Shown here one piece after another: positions 9,570 to 17,796 of a stretch of DNA of 20,000 nucleotides; positions within the stretch are counted from its first letter, which is position 1; each line of letters begins with the position of its first letter. The stretch is taken from the sequence record SRR31156797_4072; one strand, written 5' to 3'. The notes under the pieces are model-generated. The model was not told where the DNA came from. It was given only the letters and a program-made list of their open reading frames with translations, and did not search any database. A program made the translations under genes and the position numbers.

Positions 9570-9644
9570 AAAAAAAAATACCTCCAGTGCTTAAATTTAG
9601 GCTCAAATGATAAGTTGAAGACTGCCTATACACTGGAGGTTTTT
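9570..9644 (-). terminator. Long-loop intrinsic terminator after the DUF4914-like gene
   Basis: Perfect 10-bp stem ACCTCCAGTG (9580-9589)/CACTGGAGGT (9631-9640) enclosing 41 nt; 9-T tract on the minus strand and TTTT on the plus strand. Confidence 0.7.
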
Positions 9645-9677
9645 ATTTTATAAAGTCACACTTTATATCTTTGAAGC

Positions 9678-11606
9678 TTACAAGTTCTCTATGGTTTTAA
9701 ATGAGTAATCGTACTCAAAACTCATTGGTACAATTTTGTTATACTCTTCAATAGTTGCATCGTTTAAGCAAGCTTCAATAATCTTACGTCCGGTTTCCAT
9801 TAATCCTGGTTGTAAGTATTGCTTAAGCTCTTTCTTGAAGAATTCAGTTAATTCAGCAGCACCTGCATCGTAACCTTCAACACCAACTTCCGGTTGCTTG
9901 TAAACTTTTAATAATTGCTTAGGAATTTTAGATCCTTCAATTGTTAAGTAGTTTAACTCATATCCTAATAATGGACAACGAGAATCTTGATATTGATCTT
10001 CGCGTAACTTAGCAGCACCACGACGAGTCATGTACTCACGCATTAATAACTGAGGTTTGAAACCTACTTTCCAAGATCCAATGTTTTGGTTAGGAACTAA
10101 AGTAAAAGTAGTACGAGGTGTATTAATAATCTGCTTTAACAACATGTTAGCGTGGTCAACTTTTTTACCGGTAGCAAATGGCCAGTATGAACCAACACCT
10201 TCACTTTGCATAGAACCATCACTTACAATACTTGGGTTTTTATGTCCGCGAGGAGCAACTAAACGCCATAACCAAGCTAATGCCGGTGGTAAAATGTGGA
10301 ACATACCTGCAATACCGTACGAAGGCTCACCTTTAGTACACTGAGGTGCACGTAAACCAAATGAACGAACGTCAACTGCAACAGGACGGTCAATTACATT
10401 AGGCATAATCTTACGAGGGATTACCACACGTGGGTTTGGACATTTTTTACCTGGCTCATCTTCGATGTGATCCCAGATAAGTGCAGTTGAATCTGGATTA
10501 GTATCGATGTTTAAGAATAATAATGGCTCCTTAGGAGAGATACAAGTTTTCTCTAATGTTGGATCATCACCATATTCGTTAACAGAATCAACACGTACGA
10601 ACCATGAGTTCTCAGCATCAACAATACGTAATTTACCATCTTTTTCTTGAACGGAAGGGTGACAGAAAGCCATATCATCAGCAACAGGACGGAATGCACA
10701 AGATTTTGGAATCTCGATGTGTTTCGTTTCGCCTGTAACAGAGTTTTGACCTAATAATACTGCACCTTCCGGCTCACGTAAAATATGCTGGTGTAACTCA
10801 GACTTACCACCACCGGAAGCACCTTCGTGCATGAAAGTAGTAATGTTATCGTATGGAGAGATAGCCTCTACTGCAGAACAGTGAGCAGTTACCCAACCTT
10901 CTTTTTCACCTTGAGTTAATAATACACCGTAAACACCTTTTTTAGCAGATGGTCCAGGGTATAAGTTATATGAATATAATTCATGAACTTCGTCAGTACG
11001 GTTGTGAGCAACAACTTGCTTACCTTCGAAATGAGTGTGACGGAAAACAGGAGCTACGAAGATAGAAGATTTGATTTCCATTCCTTCTTCAAGATCCTCT
11101 AGTGATTTCATTTCTTGAAGCATAGCTAAACCTAATGCGAAGAATCCTGCATTAGCTGGTGCAATAGCAATACCTAAAGAACCAATTCCTGCACGACCTG
11201 CAAAATAAAAGAATACTGCCAAGTCTTGTGATTTCATCCACTCAAAAGTTTCTTCTTGCAGTTTAGAGAATTTGTAACCAAACTTATCTTCGAAACGAGT
11301 CTTGTCCGTTGGCTTGTCATCAGCAATAACCATTGTTCCCGGATCTCTACGACGCATGTAAGCCTCGGTGTAGTTAGCTGAAATACCATTTTTTACTCGA
11401 TGAACAACAGCCTCTGTATACTCACCTTTTCCCGGTACATCGTATTTAACTTCGAATTCTAAATTTTCTTTACCATTTGTTGCTGCATTTGCAAGTTCTT
11501 CTGTACTATTAAAAAAAGAAACACTTTTAGCTTCTTTGATTAACGTAGAAACGTTTTCGGGTAAAGAAATTCCCTTACCATTTAATACTTCAATAAAATC
11601 TTTCAT
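9678..11606 (-). CDS. DUF4914-like protein; PEP carboxykinase-like P-loop enzyme
   Basis: 642 aa; MRRRDP, LYPGPSAKKGVY, AHCS, P-loop HEGASGGGKSE, VADDMA, DAENSWF, PNPR. Family name from recall; function not established. Confidence 0.85.
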   Translation of the reverse strand: MKDFIEVLNGKGISLPENVSTLIKEAKSVSFFNSTEELANAATNGKENLEFEVKYDVPGKGEYTEAVVHRVKNGISANYTEAYMRRRDPGTMVIADDKPTDKTRFEDKFGYKFSKLQEETFEWMKSQDLAVFFYFAGRAGIGSLGIAIAPANAGFFALGLAMLQEMKSLEDLEEGMEIKSSIFVAPVFRHTHFEGKQVVAHNRTDEVHELYSYNLYPGPSAKKGVYGVLLTQGEKEGWVTAHCSAVEAISPYDNITTFMHEGASGGGKSELHQHILREPEGAVLLGQNSVTGETKHIEIPKSCAFRPVADDMAFCHPSVQEKDGKLRIVDAENSWFVRVDSVNEYGDDPTLEKTCISPKEPLLFLNIDTNPDSTALIWDHIEDEPGKKCPNPRVVIPRKIMPNVIDRPVAVDVRSFGLRAPQCTKGEPSYGIAGMFHILPPALAWLWRLVAPRGHKNPSIVSDGSMQSEGVGSYWPFATGKKVDHANMLLKQIINTPRTTFTLVPNQNIGSWKVGFKPQLLMREYMTRRGAAKLREDQYQDSRCPLLGYELNYLTIEGSKIPKQLLKVYKQPEVGVEGYDAGAAELTEFFKKELKQYLQPGLMETGRKIIEACLNDATIEEYNKIVPMSFEYDYSFKTIENL

Positions 11607-11868
11607 GCGTATTTTTTTTTAAGTCGCATGGAACGAGCAAATAGTAGTGTTATTAAAAAATGCTCGTTACATATGTTTATTTTTCAATCAATTTAAATGT
11701 AGCCCTTTACTAGAAATATTGTTTGCTTAAAACTATACCTAAGGATATCCTATTTATCATTTTATTATTTCAAATTCTTGTAGATATCAATTAAGATTAT
11801 AACTCATCTATACATTCTATTAAATTTTATATAATATATCTGATAACGTTATATTTAAAAATATGGCA

Positions 11869-11876
11869 CAAATATA
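11869..11876 (-). promoter_or_regulatory. -7 promoter box for the DUF4914-like gene
   Basis: TATATTTG matches TAnnTTTG; would imply a leader of about 255 nt. Confidence 0.55.
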
Positions 11877-11969
11877 TCAATCTACATTAAATATATGAAG
11901 TGATAGTTTAATTAAATTAAGTTAAAATTTACATATAAAGCCACACTTAACGTAACGCTATAAATTAAA

Positions 11970-12521
11970 TTATCCAACTGAAGGAGTTGAAACTAACAAA
12001 ACAACTGATTCTTTTTCACTTAGATTATTAATCAAATGTGGAGTATTGGAGTTTAGGTAAAAACTATCTTTTTCATTCAAAGTGTAGGTATTTTCCTCTA
12101 ATCTAATTACGACTTGACCTTCTAATACAAACAAGAAAGTTTGACCGGGATGCATTTGAACTACCCCATCAGAGCTTGATCCAGCCTTAAATTTAAGCAT
12201 TAAAGTATCCATGTGTTTATTAGGGCCATGATTGGACAAAAGGTAGGACGAACAACCTAATCTATTTTCTTCTACAATAGCAATATCATCATAGCGTACT
12301 AAAGGATTTTTAGAGAGAACCTCATTCTCCCCAATTAATTCACCCACAGTTGTATGTAAGTGATTTGCAATTAGTTTTAAGTTTGTTATTGAAGGGAGTG
12401 CTTTTGCTTTTTCTATTTGAGATAATGCACTGGAGCTAATTCCTACCTTCTTGGCTAACTCATTCAGTTGAAGATGTAACTCTTCTCTTTTTCTTTTTAT
12501 TCTTACTCCTAAACGCTTCAT
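11970..12521 (-). CDS. XRE-family HTH regulator with C-terminal cupin domain
   Basis: LGVRIKRKREELHLQLNELAKKVGISSSALSQIEKAKALPSI HTH; cupin HPGQTFLFVLEG...EKDSFYLNSNTPH. Start moved to ATG 12521; the ORF-track extension to 12629 runs across the promoter box. Confidence 0.92.
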   Translation of the reverse strand: MKRLGVRIKRKREELHLQLNELAKKVGISSSALSQIEKAKALPSITNLKLIANHLHTTVGELIGENEVLSKNPLVRYDDIAIVEENRLGCSSYLLSNHGPNKHMDTLMLKFKAGSSSDGVVQMHPGQTFLFVLEGQVVIRLEENTYTLNEKDSFYLNSNTPHLINNLSEKESVVLLVSTPSVG

Positions 12522-12546
12522 ATAATATGAACAGATTATTGGAATA

Positions 12547-12554
12547 CAAAGATA
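12547..12554 (-). promoter_or_regulatory. -7 promoter box for the XRE-cupin gene
   Basis: TATCTTTG matches TAnnTTTG, 25 nt upstream of ATG 12521. Confidence 0.65.
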
Positions 12555-12930
12555 TAAACTACACTGGTTAAATGCATTTATTGCAAATAAAATAAACACT
12601 ATTTTATATTTGTAGCTTATTATTAACATATTAAAAACAATATATAATATACATCACATTTTAAGCATTAAGAAAATTTCGTAACTATTATCTTTCAAAA
12701 TATTACAATATCAAAAAGGAAATAATTAATGTAATAAAAAACTAGACAGATTCAGTAATTATATTAAAGTACTTATGCCTATATAAAGTTTATAATTATA
12801 TTTTGGTATATTACGTAATACAGGACTTTGGCAATCATTCTTTATATTTAGAGATTATTTAAACCTTATACCCATAATTAAGTAGCATTGTATAGTGGTT
12901 TTTAGAGATTGATAACAGAATTATATCAGT

Positions 12931-14223
12931 ATGGAATCGAATTCTGAGCAGAAAAAAGTAAACGAATTAGAATTAGAAATAAAACAGCTTCGTAGCCTGT
13001 TACAGAATGGAGAAGATCTAATGGATTATTCTTTACTTCTTCAGGAAATTGTAAATAAAAGCCCATACCCAATGTGGATTGCTAACAAAAATGGTATTAT
13101 GCAAAAGGCTAATAAAGCATTACTGGACACCTTGGGTTTGGATGAAGAAGATCTTATCAATAAGTATAGTGTTTTAGAAGATAAGAATCTTGAAACGACG
13201 CAATACAATCAGGTTCAAGATGTTTTTACCAAAAAAAAGACGGCTACCCTTATCATGTCGTGGGATGGAAAAAACTCCAGAATTGCTGAAATCAGAAATG
13301 CTAATAAAGTATGGATTGAAGCCAGTATTTTCCCGATAGTAGATAAAAATAATCAACTCACTAATGTTATTTGTCAATGGTTTAATATTACCCGACAAAA
13401 GGAGGCTGAACTGGAATTATCTAAGCAAAATCAAAAACTGGAAAGTATTGTTCGTGCGAGAACCAAAGAGTTAGAGGAGAAAAACAGGAAACTAGAAATT
13501 GCATCGCAGAATTTGGCAGAGATTCAATCGAAAATGATGGAGTCTGATAAAATGGCATCATTAGGATTTTTAACCGCAAGCGTTGTTCATGATTTAAACA
13601 ATCCCCTAAATTATATTTATTCCGGTTATCAGCAGCTTGTTGAAATATTAGAAGAAAATGGTTCCATAAGCTTAGAAGAAGCGGAAACATGGCTAACTGG
13701 TATTGAAAAAGGAATAAATAATAGCATTAGTTTTATTAAAAGTTTGAATCAATATAGCAGAAGTAATATTGAGCACAACGAAATGATAGATATTCATATG
13801 GTATTAGACAATTGCCTGTTAATACTCCATAATAAAATAAAATATGAAATTGATATCATAAAGGATTACTGTTGTAATGAAATGACAACTAAAGGAAATT
13901 CAGGACAAATGCATCAGCTTTTTTTGAATATTCTTACAAATGCCATACATGCCATTAAATCGAAAGGAAAAATTGAGATCAGGACTCGAATTATAGAAGA
14001 TAAAATACTTGTAAAGATAACAGACAACGGATCTGGTATTAAGGCAGATCTTCTAAAAAAAGTTTTAGATCCATTTTTCACAACAAAACCTCCCGGCGAA
14101 GGAACAGGTTTAGGCTTATCCATATCTCAGAAAATTATTTCGGAACATCAAGGTTCTTTAAATATTGAATCGGAACCAGGTCAGGGAACTACAGTTATCA
14201 TTAGCCTTCCTCTAAGAAAATGA
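12931..14223 (+). CDS. Soluble PAS-domain sensor histidine kinase
   Basis: PAS/PAC ending NITRQKEAE, coiled coil, H-box [11 protein letters not shown]-box [35 protein letters not shown]; no transmembrane segment evident. Confidence 0.93.
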   Translation: MESNSEQKKVNELELEIKQLRSLLQNGEDLMDYSLLLQEIVNKSPYPMWIANKNGIMQKANKALLDTLGLDEEDLINKYSVLEDKNLETTQYNQVQDVFTKKKTATLIMSWDGKNSRIAEIRNANKVWIEASIFPIVDKNNQLTNVICQWFNITRQKEAELELSKQNQKLESIVRARTKELEEKNRKLEIASQNLAEIQSKMMESDKMASLGFLTASVVHDLNNPLNYIYSGYQQLVEILEENGSISLEEAETWLTGIEKGINNSISFIKSLNQYSRSNIEHNEMIDIHMVLDNCLLILHNKIKYEIDIIKDYCCNEMTTKGNSGQMHQLFLNILTNAIHAIKSKGKIEIRTRIIEDKILVKITDNGSGIKADLLKKVLDPFFTTKPPGEGTGLGLSISQKIISEHQGSLNIESEPGQGTTVIISLPLRK

Positions 14224-14248
14224 TCTGATTATTTTTCTCAAGCAGCAT

Positions 14249-14274
14249 AAAAAAGCCCGCAATAATTGCAGGCT
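14249..14274 (-). terminator. Intrinsic terminator for the minus-strand small ORF
   Basis: Minus strand AGCCTGCAA-TTA-TTGCGGGCT-TTTTT; the plus-strand C/A mismatch is a G-U pair on the minus strand. Confidence 0.75.
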
Positions 14275-14300
14275 AATATGGATAAATTATAGCAAAAACA

Positions 14301-14453
14301 CTATAAATTGTCTACCGCTGTTTTATGAGTACGCGGTTTTCTAACATGATGAACTTCCTCATGCTTTGCTTTTTTTTCTGCCCGCCTTTCTCTTAAACTT
14401 TTAGCCGGATCTTTCTTCTTTTTCCCATCAAGTAACTTTCTTTCGTGTGACAT
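14301..14453 (-). CDS. Small basic hypothetical protein (50 aa), absent from the ORF track
   Basis: Hand translation MSHERKLLDGKKKKDPAKSLRERRAEKKAKHEEVHHVRKPRTHKTAVDNL*; flanked by a promoter-like box and a correctly oriented terminator. Confidence 0.72.
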   Translation of the reverse strand: MSHERKLLDGKKKKDPAKSLRERRAEKKAKHEEVHHVRKPRTHKTAVDNL

Positions 14454-14480
14454 AGCTATATCTTTTATAATCCTCATTAA

Positions 14481-14511
14481 TAAAATTACTGAAGATGAGC
14501 TCTTTTGTCAA
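14481..14511 (-). promoter_or_regulatory. Putative promoter of the small ORF
   Basis: Minus strand TTG (14511-14509), 20-nt spacer, TAATTTTA (14488-14481; one mismatch to TAnnTTTG). Confidence 0.45.
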
Positions 14512-14623
14512 GTTGAAATACAAAAACAAGAAGAAATATAGCCATCAATAAGAGCCTGCTAATAACTGGATTTTAAAAGTAAATAATATTAACTTTCTTG
14601 AAATAATAGTAAATGAGACAGAT

Positions 14624-15406
14624 ATGGACTATTGGTCATACTCGATACATAAATTAAAACGGTTTGTATTACTGGTTGGTGACGTATCCTATTTTACCGG
14701 ACGATTTTTTAAAGAAGTCACTAGTCGTCCTATTGAATTTCATGAGTTCCTGAAACAGTGTTACATGGTTGGTTATAAATCATTACCATTGGTGGCTACA
14801 ACCAGTTTAATTATGGGTATGGTACTTACATTACAAACCAGACCAACGCTGGTTGAGTTTGGTGCAGTTTCTTTAATGCCGAGTATGGTCGGCATCTCCA
14901 TTGTAAGAGAAATTGGCCCAGTAATAACTGCCTTAATTTGCGCAGGAAAAGTTGGTTCAGGTATTGGAGCAGAGTTAGGTTCAATGCGAGTTACAGAACA
15001 GATTGATGCCATGGAAGTTTCCGGAACTAATCCATTTAAATACTTAGTTGTCACAAGAATTTTGGCCACCACCATTACGCTTCCTGTTTTGGTTATTTTA
15101 GGTGATACCGTTGGTTTGCTAGGATCGTATATGGTTGAAAATATTAAAGGAGCAGTATCCTTTACCCTGTTCTTTAACCTGGTTTTTGATTATTTAGGTT
15201 ATGGAGATTTAATTCCGTCTATCATCAAATCATTCTTTTTTGGCTTTGCCATTGGCATAATTGGATGCTATAAAGGATATCATGCTGACCGAGGAACTGC
15301 AGGTGTAGGTTTAGCAGCTAATTCAGCTGTGGTAATCACTTCCATGTTACTCTTTTTTATCGATTTTTTGGCTGTTTTAGTGGCCGATATTTTTTACGAA
15401 TTGTAA
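14624..15406 (+). CDS. mlaE: MlaE-family ABC transporter permease
   Basis: IVREIGPVITALICAGKVGSGIGAELGSMRVTEQIDAMEVSGTNP; GTAGVGLAANSAVV. Confidence 0.94.
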   Translation: MDYWSYSIHKLKRFVLLVGDVSYFTGRFFKEVTSRPIEFHEFLKQCYMVGYKSLPLVATTSLIMGMVLTLQTRPTLVEFGAVSLMPSMVGISIVREIGPVITALICAGKVGSGIGAELGSMRVTEQIDAMEVSGTNPFKYLVVTRILATTITLPVLVILGDTVGLLGSYMVENIKGAVSFTLFFNLVFDYLGYGDLIPSIIKSFFFGFAIGIIGCYKGYHADRGTAGVGLAANSAVVITSMLLFFIDFLAVLVADIFYEL

Positions 15407-15422
15407 ATTACAAAAACGGAAT

Positions 15423-16184
15423 ATGTCATTGGATAGCATACATATCAAAAATGGTCAACGAAAGATTATTGAAGTCAATCAGTTGTTTAAAGAACTTGCC
15501 GGAAAACAGGTTCTTAAAGGCTTTGATGTAGATTTATATGATGGTGAATGTTTGGTTGTGATTGGAAAATCAGGAGCTGGAAAAACAGTTATGATTCGTT
15601 GCATGGTAGGATTAATGACCGGAGAAAAAGGTAAAATAACCATTTTAGACAAGAATATTCCTAATTTGAATCAGAAAGAACTGGATGAATTACGCCTTCA
15701 TATTGGTTTTTTATTCCAGGGAAGTGCTTTATACGATTCTATGTCTGTTCGCGAAAACCTTGAATTTCCTTTACGAAGGCATCGAAAAAAATTCTCTAGT
15801 AAAGAAGCCATTGAAAAATTAATCCGCGAAGTATTGGCTAGTGTGGGATTGGAACATGCCATTGACCTGATGCCTTCTGAATTATCAGGAGGAATGAAGC
15901 GCAGAATTGCATTGGCCAGAACACTGATTTTAAGACCAGAAATTATTTTTTACGACGAGCCAACTACCGGATTAGATCCGATAACTGCAAAAGAAATTAT
16001 TAAACTGATTAAAGACATTCAGGTGAAATATAAAACTTCATCATTAATTATAACCCACGACTTAAATATAGCTAAACTCATATCCGACAGGGTGGTCATT
16101 TTAGTGGATGGAAAGAATTATGCTGAAGGAACTTATAAAGAATTAGCTTCATCTGATGATCCGGTTATCAAAGCGTTTTTTTAA
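15423..16184 (+). CDS. mlaF: MlaF/Mkl-family ABC ATPase
   Basis: Walker A GKSGAGKT, FQGSALYDSMSVRENL, signature LSGGMKRR, YDEPTTGLDP, H-loop ITHD. Confidence 0.94.
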   Translation: MSLDSIHIKNGQRKIIEVNQLFKELAGKQVLKGFDVDLYDGECLVVIGKSGAGKTVMIRCMVGLMTGEKGKITILDKNIPNLNQKELDELRLHIGFLFQGSALYDSMSVRENLEFPLRRHRKKFSSKEAIEKLIREVLASVGLEHAIDLMPSELSGGMKRRIALARTLILRPEIIFYDEPTTGLDPITAKEIIKLIKDIQVKYKTSSLIITHDLNIAKLISDRVVILVDGKNYAEGTYKELASSDDPVIKAFF

Positions 16185-16207
16185 CTTTATTATAAGAGGA
16201 GAAAACT

Positions 16208-17176
16208 ATGCAAAAAACTACAATTCAAAAAATAAAGCTTGGCATTATGGTACTTACAGGGGTGATTCTATTCACTGTTGGTGTTTATTTAATCGGTGCT
16301 AAACAAAGTGTATTTACTAAAAGCTTTGAAATTAGCTCTGTTTTTAAAAATGTAAAAGGGCTTCGCTTAGGAAATAATGTAAGGTATTTAGGTATTAATG
16401 CAGGAAATGTTCAATCTATAGACATCATTAATGATACTGCCATCAAGGTAACTTTGAAGATGGATTTAAGTACTAAGGCTTTTATTAAAAAGAATGCGAT
16501 GGCCAAAATCAGTTCCGATGGATTGGTAGGTGATATGGTCGTAAATATTGAACCTGGCGATGGATTTAGTGAAACCATAGAAAACAATGATGTGATAAAA
16601 GCTTATGATCCTATAGCAACCGACGAAATGTTAAGTACCTTAAGTGAAACTAATGAAAATGCCGCTTTGTTAACTGCCGGAATTCTTGAAATTACAAAAT
16701 CTATTAACCAAGGAAAAGGAACATTAGGTATGTTGGTAAATGATCAGGCTGTAGCCAAAGATATTAGGCAAATTATATCCAATATTAAGGAAACCAGTCA
16801 TAGATCTACAAGGTTACTGAAAAATCTGGAGGAAGTATCTAATTTGATTTATAACGAAAGCAATTTGGTGGGAATAATGCTACATGATACAGCCTCTGCA
16901 AACAAAGTTAAAACCCTAATCGATGATTTATATGCTTCTGGAAAAGAAATTAATACAATGTCGGAAAATTTAAATGTCCTGATACAAGAACTTGCTAAAG
17001 GAGAAAATAGCATTGTTAACACCTTGGCTAATGATTCTGTACTAAATAATGATCTTAAAGAAACCTTACATCATATTAATTCCGGAAGTCAGAAATTTGA
17101 TGAGAATATGGAAGCTTTAAAACACCACCCCTTGCTTAAAGGTTATTTTAAAAAGCAGGCAAAAAAAGAGGAATAA
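16208..17176 (+). CDS. mlaD: MlaD/MCE-family protein with long helical C-terminus
   Basis: N-terminal TM helix; MCE motifs GLRLGNNVRYLGINAGNV and ISSDGLVGD; GKGTLGMLVND helical region. Confidence 0.92.
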   Translation: MQKTTIQKIKLGIMVLTGVILFTVGVYLIGAKQSVFTKSFEISSVFKNVKGLRLGNNVRYLGINAGNVQSIDIINDTAIKVTLKMDLSTKAFIKKNAMAKISSDGLVGDMVVNIEPGDGFSETIENNDVIKAYDPIATDEMLSTLSETNENAALLTAGILEITKSINQGKGTLGMLVNDQAVAKDIRQIISNIKETSHRSTRLLKNLEEVSNLIYNESNLVGIMLHDTASANKVKTLIDDLYASGKEINTMSENLNVLIQELAKGENSIVNTLANDSVLNNDLKETLHHINSGSQKFDENMEALKHHPLLKGYFKKQAKKEE

Positions 17177-17190
17177 ATTCAATATTAAGC

Positions 17191-17226
17191 AAAAAAATAG
17201 CGTTAGTATTCACCAACGCTATTATT
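17191..17226. terminator. Terminator between convergent mlaD and membrane protein genes
   Basis: AATAGCGTT (17196-17204)/AACGCTATT (17215-17223) stem; strongest U-tract on the minus strand. Confidence 0.75.
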
Positions 17227-17280
17227 ATATGTTTTAACAAAATTAGTAAGTCTTACAAAATAAGCTATTTATTATTTAGC

Positions 17281-17796
17281 TTAAGCCCTTTTCATTACGT
17301 GCTCAATCTCTCTGATTTGAGCAGTTAGCATTTTTCTACGATCCAGCTTCTTACATTCCTGAATATAAATCTTAGCTAATTTTTTATTGCGTCGGTTTAA
17401 AGCAATACCTGCTAAATTTAGCTTGGCCACAGCCTGATCTGTTTCCAAACGCAAACCGTTTTTTAAAGAACTTTTTAATAATTTATCTCCTTTTGAAATT
17501 TCATGTTTCTGCATAGCCACTAAACCGGATAAAAAGTAATAATATCCTTCCTGACTCTTCACTAATCTTCCCGGACTTTTTACCGTACCTAAAACTTTAT
17601 CGGCCATTTCAAATTTACTCTTTCGAATAAGTAATAAAGCCATTAAATTCCGCTCATTTTTAAAATAAAACAACACAAATAACCCGGACAACAACACAGC
17701 GAATACTCCATATGTGATTTCACCTTGAATAAAAAGAAAAACAGAACCTGCAAGTATTAAACCTGCTACAATTAATTTTATAAACCTCATTACCAT
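17281..17796 (-). CDS. Conserved Bacteroidota membrane protein, two N-terminal TM helices plus TPR-like helices (DUF2892-annotated type, from recall)
   Basis: Hydrophobic hairpin ending FYFKNE; QEGYYYFLSG, AVAKLNLAGIA, KKLD motifs. Confidence 0.8.
   Translation of the reverse strand: MVMRFIKLIVAGLILAGSVFLFIQGEITYGVFAVLLSGLFVLFYFKNERNLMALLLIRKSKFEMADKVLGTVKSPGRLVKSQEGYYYFLSGLVAMQKHEISKGDKLLKSSLKNGLRLETDQAVAKLNLAGIALNRRNKKLAKIYIQECKKLDRRKMLTAQIREIEHVMKRA

Noticed and set aside
10057-10344. 95-aa plus-strand ORF
   Set aside because: Antisense in-register shadow of the codon-biased DUF4914-like gene.
11710-11760. 16-codon upstream ORF (MINRISLGIVLSKQYF) in the DUF4914-like leader
   Set aside because: No regulatory codon runs or attenuator geometry; ORFs of this length arise by chance.
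12522-12629. N-terminal extension of the XRE regulator in the ORF track
   Set aside because: Low-complexity AT-rich translation overlapping the -7 promoter box; the HTH begins right after ATG 12521.
13231-13238. A8 tract in the kinase gene (also A9/T9 tracts at 9570 and 11612) as phase-variation sites
   Set aside because: Frame is intact, such tracts are common in AT-rich genomes, and the other two are explained as a terminator tail and an initiation region.
13174-15075. Minus-strand ORFs 13174-13398, 13421-13690, 13914-14123, 14773-15075
   Set aside because: Antisense to the kinase and mlaE; no independent support.
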